A stretch of DNA of 64,000 bases, taken from Seison nebaliae (Eukaryota). The notes below the pieces were generated by a model. The model was not told the origin of the DNA and did not search any database. It worked only from the letters and a program-made list of their open reading frames with translations. Shown in pieces: positions 1 to 11,244 of this stretch (positions are counted from its first letter, which is position 1; the number at the start of each line of letters is the position of its first letter). The stretch covers positions 124,001 to 188,000 of the forward strand of contig JALJEE010002316.1 in NCBI GenBank assembly GCA_023231475.1, in the 5' to 3' direction. The position numbers and the translations under genes were made by a program.

Positions 1-175
1 CGTTCTCGGTGGAGATGTTCTTCAAATTCTTTACATTCTCGTTGATGATCTTCTGATTCTCTTCATCCGACAATTTGACGCTCGTCTTACAACTATTCTT
101 CTTTCCACTCCTCTTTTTCTTATTCTCTAATTTCTCCTCGTGATGATCGGTGGCTTTGCTAGATGTACAACCCAT
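1..175 (-). CDS. 5' part of an unknown gene running off the window; N-terminus MGCTSSK (predicted N-myristoylation plus S-palmitoylation signal)
   Basis: Open frame from ATG at 175 to the window edge: MGCTSSKATDHHEEKLENKKKSGKKNSC...; G2/C3/S6/K7 fit the dual-acylation consensus. A CAG acceptor lies 2 nt upstream (178). Not in the ORF track. Confidence 0.65.
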   Translation of the reverse strand, partial: MGCTSSKATDHHEEKLENKKKRSGKKNSCKTSVKLSDEENQKIINENVKNLKNISTEN

Positions 176-1911
176 AACTGAGGATGTTGAATGGAATTTG
201 TTTAAAGTTTCTCTTTGAAAATTTTGTTGAATTCGAATTAAAATTCGAATTGAAATATTTACGTGTCTTTTGAAATGGGTGAAAAATGTCGTTTCAATAA
301 TTTAAAATTCAATTTGTAAAATAAAACATATCTACAGATGAGAAGAAGAAATAGAAAAAATTAGAATGATTCCACTTAATCATCAAAACTTCATTTCCCT
401 AATAATTACATAATAATCATTTTCAAATGTAGACAAGACAAATGAATGTACTTAAAGGAGGGAGAGAGGGAAAGAAAGAAAAAAAGAAAGAAATAATAAT
501 ATAATTAATTAAGAAGGTTAAAATAACAAAAACTAATTTTCAACACCAAGAAACTCGTAACAACATTAACCAAACCATTGGAAGTTAATGTAAACAGAGT
601 GTATATGGGGAAATGTTATTTCATTCTCTGGACATTTGTTAGACATCTGACTGTAAACAAATGATGGGAGAGAATCCATCCCATTTACTTCGGCCATTCC
701 CAATTGCAGGTTCGTCCAACTCATATACGTCCACAATAGAATAAATTTCTTTTGTTTATCATCTCATCAAATTGAAATTTATTCAATTCATCAAACTTCT
801 ATTCAGTTGGTCAATTCATATCTTCTACTCGTCGTATTCGAAGAAGGAAGATTTCGGTCAAATGATTTCATTCTCTTTCTATCTATCCTATCTTATTCTA
901 CATCTTTATTCATCTATTCGTTTCAATTCAGTTGGTTCGTAAATGGTTCATATAAATATATGCGTATGCACCATCCACCCTTCCACCATCAAAATTCGAT
1001 GGAACGGAATATGATGGACACAAATCATACTTCCTCATCTCCAAAGCTTCCATCCTCATTCATGTTGTTGTTGAATTTTTGAAAAGATGGAATTCTTTTC
1101 CGGTTGAAGATAAGAATGAGAAACGAATTAAAATTTGGTGACAATCTGTCTGGTTAGTTTGATCGTGAATGAGATCCCATATCGTCTAACGGAAAGATGA
1201 TAATTGAAAGTGAAGAAGGAATTTCTGATAAGAAACAATTCTGACATATATTCTCTCTTATATACACTTTACATGAAACTAGTTGGGAATACGCTATCAC
1301 AATTAGTCCCACTGACTTCCACTCCAACAGAGAAAAGGTGAAGTGAAGAAAAAAAGGACAGAAAGAGAAAGAGAAAAATTTACATAAATAACAATTGGAG
1401 AAATCTTATTTCCATTATCGCTATAAATTTCAGGAAATGTAAGATCATCATTGGGAGGAAGAAATTCGTTCAATAATTATGGGAGAAGCAGCTGACAATA
1501 CGGAACAATTATCTCTTCTTCCCATCGCTCACATCGTTAGAGAAATAAAAGTAAATGAATTAACCAAATGAGATTAAGGAACAACCTCTCCACTAATTGC
1601 TTATTATGATTGGAGAATAATATAAAATCACACGTACACCACATTTCCCTTATGTAAGAAGTGAAGTGTACTTAACTATACGTTGTACAACGGAATTCTA
1701 TTCAATTAAGCTTAACTTTTAAATTAAATTAATTAATTAAAATTAAAACTTTTACTTTTTTCCCAAATCAACTACTGGTCGAACCAATTCGATATGGAGG
1801 CATAAGTAATTGGGCAATAATTTAAATTTCACTTACCAAAACAGATATACGAATAACCAACATCAATTGTTGCCGAAAGCATTGTGACTTGAGTTCTTTT
1901 TATTGGAAAAA

Positions 1912-3706
1912 ATGGGTATCGCCAAAGGAAAGAAATCGAAAAGTTCGAAAACGATGAAAAAGAAAGTTTACGAGACTTTGTCAATGAAAGACGAAAAATT
2001 TCGGAGATTAATGAATAATTTAGTAGATGATGTATTTGACAAAAAGAAGTTTCATGTTTATGCTGAAGACGATGATGAGGATGGTCGTTTGATTTATTCA
2101 ACAATTCTTAATAAAGTTGTAATTTCTACGAATTAATTCATTCTAATTTGACAAATAGACAAATATAAGTCAAAACAATAATAAATTCTATACAATCCAA
2201 TTATTGGTCGACGACAGACCTCACTATTACGTTTGTCTACATTGGGGTCGTGTACAATACAAAGGACAAAAATCCCTCCAATCTTTCAACGGCAAATTGG
2301 ATAAAGCGAAACAATTCTTTTATGATAAGTTTAAATTTTGCAATTCTTTTCATTGTATTCCTTTTTCTTTAAAGATTATTTGCTAAGTCGGGGAATGATT
2401 CGTTGACAAATATAGAAAATATCGCGAATAAATATCAGATAGTTGAAATGGATATCGATTCGATGATGGAGGCGGAAGAGAAACGGAATGAGAAACAAAT
2501 TGAAATTCCTCAAAGTAAATTGGCAACGAAAATTCAGGAGTTGATTGAATGGATATGTGACATAACAAATTTGACATCGTTCATTAATTTGAAACATTTC
2601 GATGAAGATCGAATGCCATTAGGGAAATTGAGTGAGAAACAAATCTTGAAAGGATATGAAATATTAAAAGATATTGACAAATATTTAAGAAAACATCAAG
2701 CTATTGAAGAAGTTGAAAATCGTGTGTTATTACGAAGTGATCGAAGAAAAAAATTAGAAGTAACCACTTCGTGTTCTCGGAAATCTTTAGACGATTTAAC
2801 TTCCAAATATTATACGATTATTCCACATAAGTTTGGGAGAAGTCGTCCAATAATAATTAACAATAAAGAACTGCTACAATCAGAAATGGACCTACTTAAA
2901 GTTCTATCCGATATTGAAATGGTGAACGAAATGTTTGAAAATAAATTCACAAATGTTTTGAATCCGATCGACAGAAAATATGCTCAAATTGGATGTAAGA
3001 TTACTTTTATCGATAAGTCTTCAAAAATTTATAAAGTTTATTTTTTATTATTTATTCAACTTCGAAAATTTCAATATTTCAACTGTTTATTATTCAGATA
3101 TTGAATGATTATTTAGAACTGAATCATTCTACTGCCCATTCTACTTATAAGTTGGTATTAGAAGAGGCGTTTGAAATAGAAAGAGAAGATGAAATTAGAA
3201 ATTTTGTGTCGATGGAGAATCAAAAATTATTATGGCACGGATCTCAACTCAGTAATTGGGCGGGTATTTTAGGTAAAGGCTTGTTGATTGCCCCAAAAGA
3301 AGCTCCGAAAACCGGATCAATGTTCGACAAAGGAATTTATTTTGCCGACTCATCTAGCAAGAGTGCAAATTACAGTTTTAACAAGTCCAATGTTGGTTGT
3401 CTAATTTTATGTCAAGTGTCTCTGGGAAAGATATACGAAACGTTCTCGGCTGATTATAATGCCAGTCAAACCGTAATAAAAAAAAAATGTGATTCATTAA
3501 AGGGTGTGGGAAAGACAGCACCCGAGCTTTCTACCCACGTCAAAATCGAATTAGACGATGAACTGGTAACTGTTCCTATTGGTCGTTGTGCTAATGTGGA
3601 CAAAATTGGAAAATATTCATTAATACATAATGAATATGTCGTCTACAGTACAAATCAAGTAAGAATTCGTTATCTGTTGAAAATTAGATATGATGATATT
3701 ACTTAA
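1912..3706 (+). CDS. Poly(ADP-ribose) polymerase, PARP2/3-like (WGR, regulatory and catalytic domains), about 547 aa, 4 exons
   Basis: Exons 1912-2115, 2159-2328, 2375-3035, 3098-3706 join in frame. WGR domain (LNKTNISQNNNKFYTIQLL...WGRV), MPLGKLS, YYTIIPH, catalytic LLWHGS, GIYFAD, KSANY, NEYVVY. Start codon uncertain. Confidence 0.93.
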
Positions 3707-3884
3707 AAATTAATATGAATTAAAATATATTTTAATTAAATATTTTAAAATTTTATATTGAATGAATCGTTCTTCAAACGGATAGTTTTTTCTTGGTAAA
3801 TAAAAATGCAAATTTTCAATAGAATGTTACAAAATGTTTCATTTAGATTTCTGAAATTGATTAAGAACAAAAATGGATATCGAA

Positions 3885-5010
3885 TTAACACAGACAACAA
3901 TACTCTGCTTTAGTCTCAGTGTAAGGGGGTTATTGATAACGTCTGTGCCATGGCCCATATTGTCAACAAGATATTTTCATAATCATATTAACGAAATGTC
4001 AGTTTCAACGTTACGAAATATTTCATTTTGGTGTTTGAAATTAATTCAGAACAACAATGGATGTCGAATTCGGACAGTTCTACAATTTTTTGAAGAGTTA
4101 GGGACACTTTGACTCTCTTTTTTCGGTATTATAGGACACCTCTAAGCCTTGGTTACAAATTAAGACAGTTCTATGCCTTTTAATAATGTAATTAATACTT
4201 CTAGTCCTCGTTAAATTATTTTCCGACATTTCTACCCCTTCTCGTAACAAGACTTCTTGGAGGTTTCTGCAAAGTTATTTTTTAACTTTATCTAAAGAAA
4301 GATTGTTCTCAAAGGAAATGTTTATTTATTGAAGATGAAAGATGAAAAGATAAGAAGTTTACAAAAACAAAGATATTATTTGTGATTAAAGTAAAAAATT
4401 ATTTTAATCGTTGAAATCATGTAAAAATAGTCATAAATGGATTTAGTCTAAATTTCTTAACGTTTCATATTTTTAATTTTCCGAGTTTTTCTTCTCTTTT
4501 TTCGCCTTTTAGGAATAAATTTTATTGAAGTTGTTCATAATTGATAAGAGAAATTTCAAAAATAGAAAACAAAGGTCTGTTTAACGGAATTGTATACTTC
4601 CCCGCGTTATTTTTTCCTTCAACCAAAGGTGGAAAGAAAGTTAGGTGGAAAATTTGGATTATCATGCATATAACGACCTTCTTCAATATAACCGTAAATT
4701 ATTTTCGCTTCCTTAACTATGTCGGATATTTCATTCAGAAAAAAGAGTAAAAGTATTAATTACGTTATTAAAAGTTTAAATGAACTATCCTAATTTGTAA
4801 AAGAACGCGTAACAGTGTCTAATTATACGGAAAAAGGAGAAGAACTGTCCGAATGAAAAGCGTAGAACTGTTACTTTTTGAAAAAATAATCAAAGGGAAT
4901 ATAACTGTCAGTTAACGGAATTAACACAGACAAGAATATTCTTCATTACTCTGACAGCCTTTATACAGACAAGTATTCTCTGCTTTATCCTGTGTGTGTA
5001 AGAGAGTTAA
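3885..5010. mobile_element. Degenerate non-autonomous DNA-transposon / foldback-like relic
   Basis: Inverted subrepeats TTCGGACAGTTCT (~4069) / AGAACTGTCCGAA (~4841), plus similar imperfect pairs at ~4120-4180 vs ~4815-4870. Direct repeat ACAGACAA..CTCTGCTTTA..GTGTAAG.G.GTTA at ~3890-3932 and ~4964-5010. No transposase ORF. Confidence 0.4.
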
Positions 5011-5255
5011 TATGGAACAATTAAAATAATCTATAATTTTAAGTGTCAGTGTGAGATCGTGAATTTATTCAAGATAATTACGTACTTCGTTATTAAGAGA
5101 GATAAATTTTCGTTTTATGACCATAAAGCTTTTAATCTGAAAATTAGTTATTCCAGATAATTCACGTATTATCTGAATAAGCTTTTTATCCATTTTTCCT
5201 AATTATTAGCATGTTGAACAACAAAATGTGATTATTAAAGAACTACATAACAAAA

Positions 5256-5623
5256 ATGAATTCGAATGAAAAGATTTGTCGTAAAGATCTCATGGAGGAC
5301 ATAATAGCAGTTATTTGAAGCTTTTCTTCTATCTTTAAAAAAAATTTTTTAAAGCTCGGTCGATTTGATAAAGATTCGATTGATCTAAAAATATCGTCAT
5401 TGGAGGAGTTGACCAATCATTCTACTTTGAATCCAAAAAGGGAATTAGATAAAAGTAAACCATATCAACGATTGATGAGAAAGATAGATAAAAAGTTTCG
5501 CTTATTCCATTTCATTTCAACACCATTCTTTGTAGGAGGCGTCGAGAAGAAAGAAAGAGGAAGGTAGATGAATCCTTATCTCCTTCCCAACCGATAACGA
5601 AAGTGACGAAGATCGTTTCTTAG
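5256..5623 (+). CDS. Small basic protein (93 aa, 3 exons), tentatively Ashwin (C2orf49)-like
   Basis: Exons 5256-5309, 5355-5494, 5536-5623 joined by 45- and 41-nt GTT..AG introns give MNSNEKICRKDLMEDIIALGRFDKDSIDLKISSLEELTNHSTLNPKRELDKSKPYQRLMRKIDKKRRREERKRK...; LNPKREL followed by a basic run resembles Ashwin PLPQRDL. Missed by the ORF track. Confidence 0.6.
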
Positions 5624-5765
5624 ACGATTTCCTATTTTCATTTAACGATTATTCAAATTTTTTAAAAATACATCTTGAACGCTGCAAATTATTAATTGAA
5701 TTGATAAGAAAAATAAGAATTTATTTTGTACAGTTTTTTTTCATAAATAAAAATCCTTTCGATTA

Positions 5766-6746
5766 TTAATGATGACCATAAGCTTTTGGATGATCACGAT
5801 TATAATTCGGACTGGGATGTGTCGTATATTGATTATATTGATTGTCATTCGGTTTTCGATATTCTGATTTTGGTGGATCTAATAATCCACCCGATTTACC
5901 CATATTATTTGGCATGATGTTGTTGTTCTTGGTTGGGAGATCGCGATTATCTAATAATGGTTTGTTGATATTTTCTTGTTTGATTGGTGGATTGAAACGA
6001 TTTTCTGGATGGAATAAAGCGGAATAAATTTTTTTATCAATCATATTTAATCGATGCATAATTTGAACGACGGCATAAGCCAATTGTGGATTGTTGAGTA
6101 ATAAGGACTTTGTTTCCGGTTCATAATCATCTTGCATTCTTTTCAAATGTCTTATCACATTTGTTAATTGTTCGGGTGAGGTTTGATTGAGAACGGTAAA
6201 AACTAATTTCTCTGCGTCTTCTTCTCCCACAATTCTACCGTGTTGTCGATATTCATTGATCAATTCTTGATTATCATTCATTTGTTGATTATTTCCGTTC
6301 GTCTTATTATCCATTGACATACTATCCATATCTTCATTATTTCCATGATGATATGAATGATGGTATGGTGACGAATTGTACAACATTCCAGAACCATCAA
6401 CATTATTTCCAGTGGAATTGCTCGTCGAATTATTCATCGGTTGGAGATTGGACGTATTTGAATTATTTGCCCCAGTAGCTCGATCTACTCGCAGATTTTT
6501 CCCGCGGAAATCTTTATTATTCAAAATTCTAATAGCTGCAGTTGCGCTACTCGAATCCATAAATTCACAAAAACCATATCCCTTCGAATTACTTGTCTCC
6601 TTATCCACCATAATGCGGAAACTGACAACCGGTCCGATCGAACTAAAGAATGTCTTCAATTCACTTTCCGTTGCCGACGGTGCAATGTTACCGACGAATA
6701 CTGATCTCGATTTATCATTATCATTTTTATCCTCATTCCTTTTCAT
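5766..6746 (-). CDS. CSTF2: Cleavage stimulation factor 64 kDa subunit (CstF-64/Rna15 family), intronless
   Basis: N-terminal RRM (RSVFVGNI, GPVVSFR, KGYGFCEF, LRVD) plus hinge domain (SLLLNNPQLAYAVVQ). Confidence 0.9.
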   Translation of the reverse strand: MKRNEDKNDNDKSRSVFVGNIAPSATESELKTFFSSIGPVVSFRIMVDKETSNSKGYGFCEFMDSSSATAAIRILNNKDFRGKNLRVDRATGANNSNTSNLQPMNNSTSNSTGNNVDGSGMLYNSSPYHHSYHHGNNEDMDSMSMDNKTNGNNQQMNDNQELINEYRQHGRIVGEEDAEKLVFTVLNQTSPEQLTNVIRHLKRMQDDYEPETKSLLLNNPQLAYAVVQIMHRLNMIDKKIYSALFHPENRFNPPIKQENINKPLLDNRDLPTKNNNIMPNNMGKSGGLLDPPKSEYRKPNDNQYNQYTTHPSPNYNRDHPKAYGHH

Positions 6747-8239
6747 TATTTCGTAAATGGATTTTTCGAAATATTAATCTAAGCCAAACATTGGAAAAAA
6801 CTCCAATTCCTTTCATTTCTCCAAATTTCTCAATTCGTCTCTAATTAACTAAATTGAATGACCTGAATGGAAAAGTCGATGGATAAGACGACGGAATTAT
6901 ATCGGTAGACAACCAGAGAGTTGGATCGTGAATAACGGAAACGATGGCAACGATCGACAATAATTTGCAAACAAATTGAATTTATTGAATTTCTGTAATA
7001 ATCGGCTGACCTTCAACTCTAATGGAATTCAGCATAACATAATTTTCTCGAATTAGTAACCATCTACTACTTCCAACCGAATAATAACAAAATAATTTTT
7101 GATTCGACCAAAATGTTTCCAATTCTTAATAAGTTGCAATTGCAATTGTTGATGCAATTTTTTCGCCAAACACTCAAATTTTCCGTCTTCATTAAAGAAA
7201 TAATCATGTTGTTTCATTCAGTTCGTTAAATTAATCTCACCTTAAACCGTTCAGAAACGATTGTAAATTACATGTTAATTGGTTATCAGTGACATTTCTA
7301 TGTTTCGTTTATTTATTATTTAAAAAAAAACGTCATTCGATTATGATTTATATCACATCATTATTGTCATAAGTTTCAATGATTATCAATTATAATTTCC
7401 AAATTGTTATATCCTACCACTTCACCCTCTTGCTAATTTAAAGAATTCTTACAATGATGCAATGTCCACCAGCACTACGACTGAAAGAGATTGTATCTAA
7501 ACTACACGACAAATATGGACACATTGGGCTTGAAATGTTATCATTAATACACTACGAAAAGAAAAGTCACTCAATCTCTTCCCTTTCGTCGCTATATTTA
7601 AGTAAGGATACTACATATCGTCTTTTTGTTTTGCTCACAGCATTCTAGCAGAAATGATATTTTTGTTGCATCAGTTGAATATGTATCATCTTCCATTCTT
7701 ACTTGAAAGAAATGTTGATTGATCCATTTGTAAGTTGTATGTTCGTTCGTTCGTTCACTAATACGTGTACGTACAGTTGATACGCATAGTATATGCAAAC
7801 ATTTTATCCAGAAATTAGATATAAACAAAATATACGTATACATGCACACTATGCATACAATTAACGCAAAGAAAATATTATTTTATCAAATATTCTACTT
7901 TCGCTCTCATTCATTATTCATCGATAGAATAATTCACAAAAATTTCACTTAATTCACCATTATCCTTTTCCAATTCAACAATCTCAACCTAATAATAGGT
8001 AAATCATTTGTTGATGAATATTCCACTAATGATAATTCGAATAATTATGCTTTTCCAAAAAAAATTCAGTTTTTCCCTCTCAAATTCACCTCCCACTGAA
8101 ATTTCCCAATTTTCTATGACGTCATAATTTCTGATAAAAAGCCGATGACTAATAAAGTCTCAAAGAAATATTTAGAGAGATTTCAATCATTCGACACAGA
8201 ATTCTTCATTAAATTTACCTCTCACAGTTTTCATGTGGT

Positions 8240-9650
8240 ATGCAGATGTCGGTGGTTGATGTTCTCCGAAGGAGAGGCAATATTCATGCAAGTAACTTCT
8301 CCGATTGTTTCACCATTTGTGATGATTGTACATCCAACAAACCTAACTATTCATCGACAAGACTTCCTTCTCATGAGAGTGTCACAACGAAACTATCTCA
8401 TCGAAAATGTGTTGTTGACAAGAAACATACAATAAGTGATGATCCATTACCATCATTATCGATAATTAAAGTTTGGCAATCATCTACATCTCACATTTAT
8501 TTCCATACATATCATTCTTGATCTCTATCCAATAATGATGTTCCAATGTCATTCACTTTTCATTTATAAAATTTGAAAAAATTTCCGAGAATTACCATAT
8601 ATTTCCTTATAAATTATTTCTTAACAATTATGGAATTTATTCAATTTAATTTTTTCTTTCATTTAGAATGAAGTCACATCAACATCGGTGAATGAAATGA
8701 AGAAATTAAAAAACGAAACAAATACATCAGATAACATTCTCTTAATCGATCAATTGATTACCATCAAATTCCATACGTTGATGACATTCAGTCTCATATT
8801 GCCATTCTTCTCCATATTCTTCTGTTTATTCTCTTCCCTGATATTCAAATGGAATGATGTCAACTTTGTCAAATGCAACGTTTATTTTTCTAATTTATCT
8901 ATCGATTATTTTTTTTTTAATTTAATGATCATTTTTATTGAAGGTGGGAAATTTCGTTCCAAGTATCAGTGCCGTTACCGGTATATTTCCACAGGCCTTC
9001 GTCTGGAGAATAGGCATCGGATTCCATTTGGCTCCACGATTTCTCGTCATTTATTTATATTTCAAATTCTACGAAAGATCGTGTAAACATATCGAGAATC
9101 GATTTCCACATTTCCTTCGTTACATCAATTCGTTACTCGTTCTAACTGAGAATATTTGTTTAATACTTGTTACATATGTCTCCAACAAAGACAATTATAG
9201 TTTCATTTATATATTTCAAATTTTTTCAATAATTTAAATTTTTTTAGTTGTACATGAACGATCGTTTATTATGTTTCTGGCCTGCTCACTCCTCCATAAC
9301 ATTACCACAATCATTCTTCACCGATTTTATTGTCCATCGGTAAGTATAGTTTTCATATGATTTGTTTCTTCAATTCAATTTTAGAATGATGAATCGTTAA
9401 GAAGGAAAATATTTATGGCATCCGGTTGCTGGATAAGCACAGCATTTCTCGTCTTTTTCCATCATTTACATATTATAAGCTGTGTTCCCTATGGTTCGAT
9501 TTGATTATTGAAGGAAATTTTAAATTTTTTTCAGCATTCTCCTTGTTCGCTTTCTTCGAGTATATCCTGGTCATATTCAATATGGGCTTCCATTATTCTG
9601 CGTTAGAAGACTTCCCTCATTATCAATTGATGATCGCTCATCCAAATTGA
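8240..9650 (+). CDS. PGAP2: PGAP2 / Frag1-DRAM-Sfk1 family multi-pass membrane protein
   Basis: Exons 8240-8470 (least certain), 8667-8879, 8944-9199, 9248-9339, 9385-9493, 9535-9650. Motifs CNVGNFVPSISAV, WRIGIGFHLAPRF, NYIVHERSFIMF, FAFFEY...NMGFH. Confidence 0.82.
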
Positions 9651-9885
9651 GAAATTGAATAAATTAATATTTTTTTCATAGTTTTATTTTTTCCACTTTG
9701 GGAACGAATGATAATTCTTTTACGCTTGTTCAAATCAAACTCTCATTATATAAGTTATATGGAATATAATCATAATTTTGGAGGCAAAGGAAAATAAATA
9801 ATAGTTTTTCTTTTCATTTGACATAAAAGAAAAGTTTAAGCAAATTAAAAAAAAACTTTATCCGAACGAAATAAATAGCGAAAAT

Positions 9886-10296
9886 TTATTCAATATTCAT
9901 AATAAATTCCACACACTTCTCACGATCACAATATTCATCATTCTGATATCTCTTCTCCTTCTCTTCTTCCAACTTCTTCTGGTTGAGCATCTGCTCTAAC
10001 AAATATTGTAGACGTTTAAATCCAGAACCATTTAATATGTCGTGGATAGAAAATAAATCTTTTTCAGCCAAACATAACAACCGGAAGCGACAATTGGGAC
10101 AAACGTAAAAATTCTTTCGTAATTTCAATAGATAAACTAATTTCTCATAAGTCGTTCGATCTAACAAGTTCTTGCAGAAAGCTCTCGATAAAATTTGACG
10201 GAAATGTGTATAATTGATTTGAGGCACAGGAAAATCATCGGCTTCGGGTCCAGGATAATTTTTGTATAATTCAGGCCACAATAAATGTTTTGGCAT
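9886..10296 (-). CDS. Unknown protein (136-aa ORF, YVCPNC motif), possibly the C-terminal part of the 10333-11244 product
   Basis: Protein-like composition; same frame as the upstream ORF and separated from it by a single TGA. Confidence 0.55.
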   Translation of the reverse strand: MPKHLLWPELYKNYPGPEADDFPVPQINYTHFRQILSRAFCKNLLDRTTYEKLVYLLKLRKNFYVCPNCRFRLLCLAEKDLFSIHDILNGSGFKRLQYLLEQMLNQKKLEEEKEKRYQNDEYCDREKCVEFIMNIE

Positions 10297-10332
10297 TTGC
10301 TCAATTTTTCGATTGTTTAGAATATTTTGAAA

Positions 10333-11244
10333 TCAATTCAATTTTTCCGAATTCAACTTCTTCTTTTCGTTCGTCATATTGATGAGCGGCAATCGATCTT
10401 CTCTCTCGTTATTTCCATTCATCCAACGATTATTATTCAGTTTGAAATTGAATCGATTTTTCAAATGAGGAGAGAAAGGGAATTTCCTTCTGATTTTCTC
10501 CGATCGAGTTTTCTCCGAGAAAAACGATTGGAAGAAAGATGGTCGATTTTGTGTGATGTTCGTTTGACAACGAACATCCGATTTCTTTTCCGGATCACGA
10601 TGAGGTAAAATTGTCGAATTCGTTTTCTTTGTGGTTAAGAGCAATAAAATATCGAATAATAAATCATTATTCTTCTTCATATTCGATCCATTGACAGATG
10701 AATTATTTGTACCGCAACGTATCAATTTTTTAGATAGAGATTTGTTGAATTCTCTCTCGTATAAACATTCGATACAATTCGGATAGAGAATGTTACAACC
10801 ACGATGACGATATGAAGTATGTGAAGTTTTCGTTCGATATTCAATTTCATTCGATACCATAGATTCATCAGAACCATCAGTCGATACGGATGACTCGGAA
10901 ATGGATGAAGAAGATGATGGAAAGTGAATGGAGTTTTTGGGATCTCTCTGCATTGAATGTCGATGTTCCATCGTCCAATTTTTCGTGTATCTCTCAAGTT
11001 GTCTCAATCGATATGCTCGTTGCATCGAATCGCCATTGACGTGAGAGAGATATAGATATTTCTTATAATTCGTATTCAGTTGTTGCATACTTCTCTGTAG
11101 ATCGAGAACATCGTGAAGAACTCTCGAATAAAGAACCGTATCGATGTCGGTTAAGATGTCCGATGTTTTACCCACGTTCTTCCGACGAAGTGTCGCTGAT
11201 TGTATATGTCGCTGACGACATGAACAATGATCGTTCATTTGCAT
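10333..11244 (-). CDS. Unknown protein (303-aa ORF), in frame with the downstream ORF 9886-10296
   Basis: Long ORF in AT-rich DNA; Ser-rich tract and CxxC motif; no recognisable family. Confidence 0.6.
   Translation of the reverse strand: MQMNDHCSCRQRHIQSATLRRKNVGKTSDILTDIDTVLYSRVLHDVLDLQRSMQQLNTNYKKYLYLSHVNGDSMQRAYRLRQLERYTKNWTMEHRHSMQRDPKNSIHFPSSSSSISESSVSTDGSDESMVSNEIEYRTKTSHTSYRHRGCNILYPNCIECLYEREFNKSLSKKLIRCGTNNSSVNGSNMKKNNDLLFDILLLLTTKKTNSTILPHRDPEKKSDVRCQTNITQNRPSFFQSFFSEKTRSEKIRRKFPFSPHLKNRFNFKLNNNRWMNGNNEREDRLPLINMTNEKKKLNSEKLN

Noticed and set aside
807..1082. 91-aa ORF
   Set aside because: Non-ATG start, low-complexity AT-driven composition, no motif; probably intronic or intergenic.
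5148..5181. Small imperfect hairpin TTATTCCAGATAAT...ATTATCTGAATAA
   Set aside because: Short and AT-rich; could arise by chance or belong to the adjacent repeat relic.
6376..6756. 126-aa ORF and similar short ORFs antisense to CSTF2, SMC4, HCN and the CAP gene
   Set aside because: Shadow frames on the opposite strand of well-supported genes.
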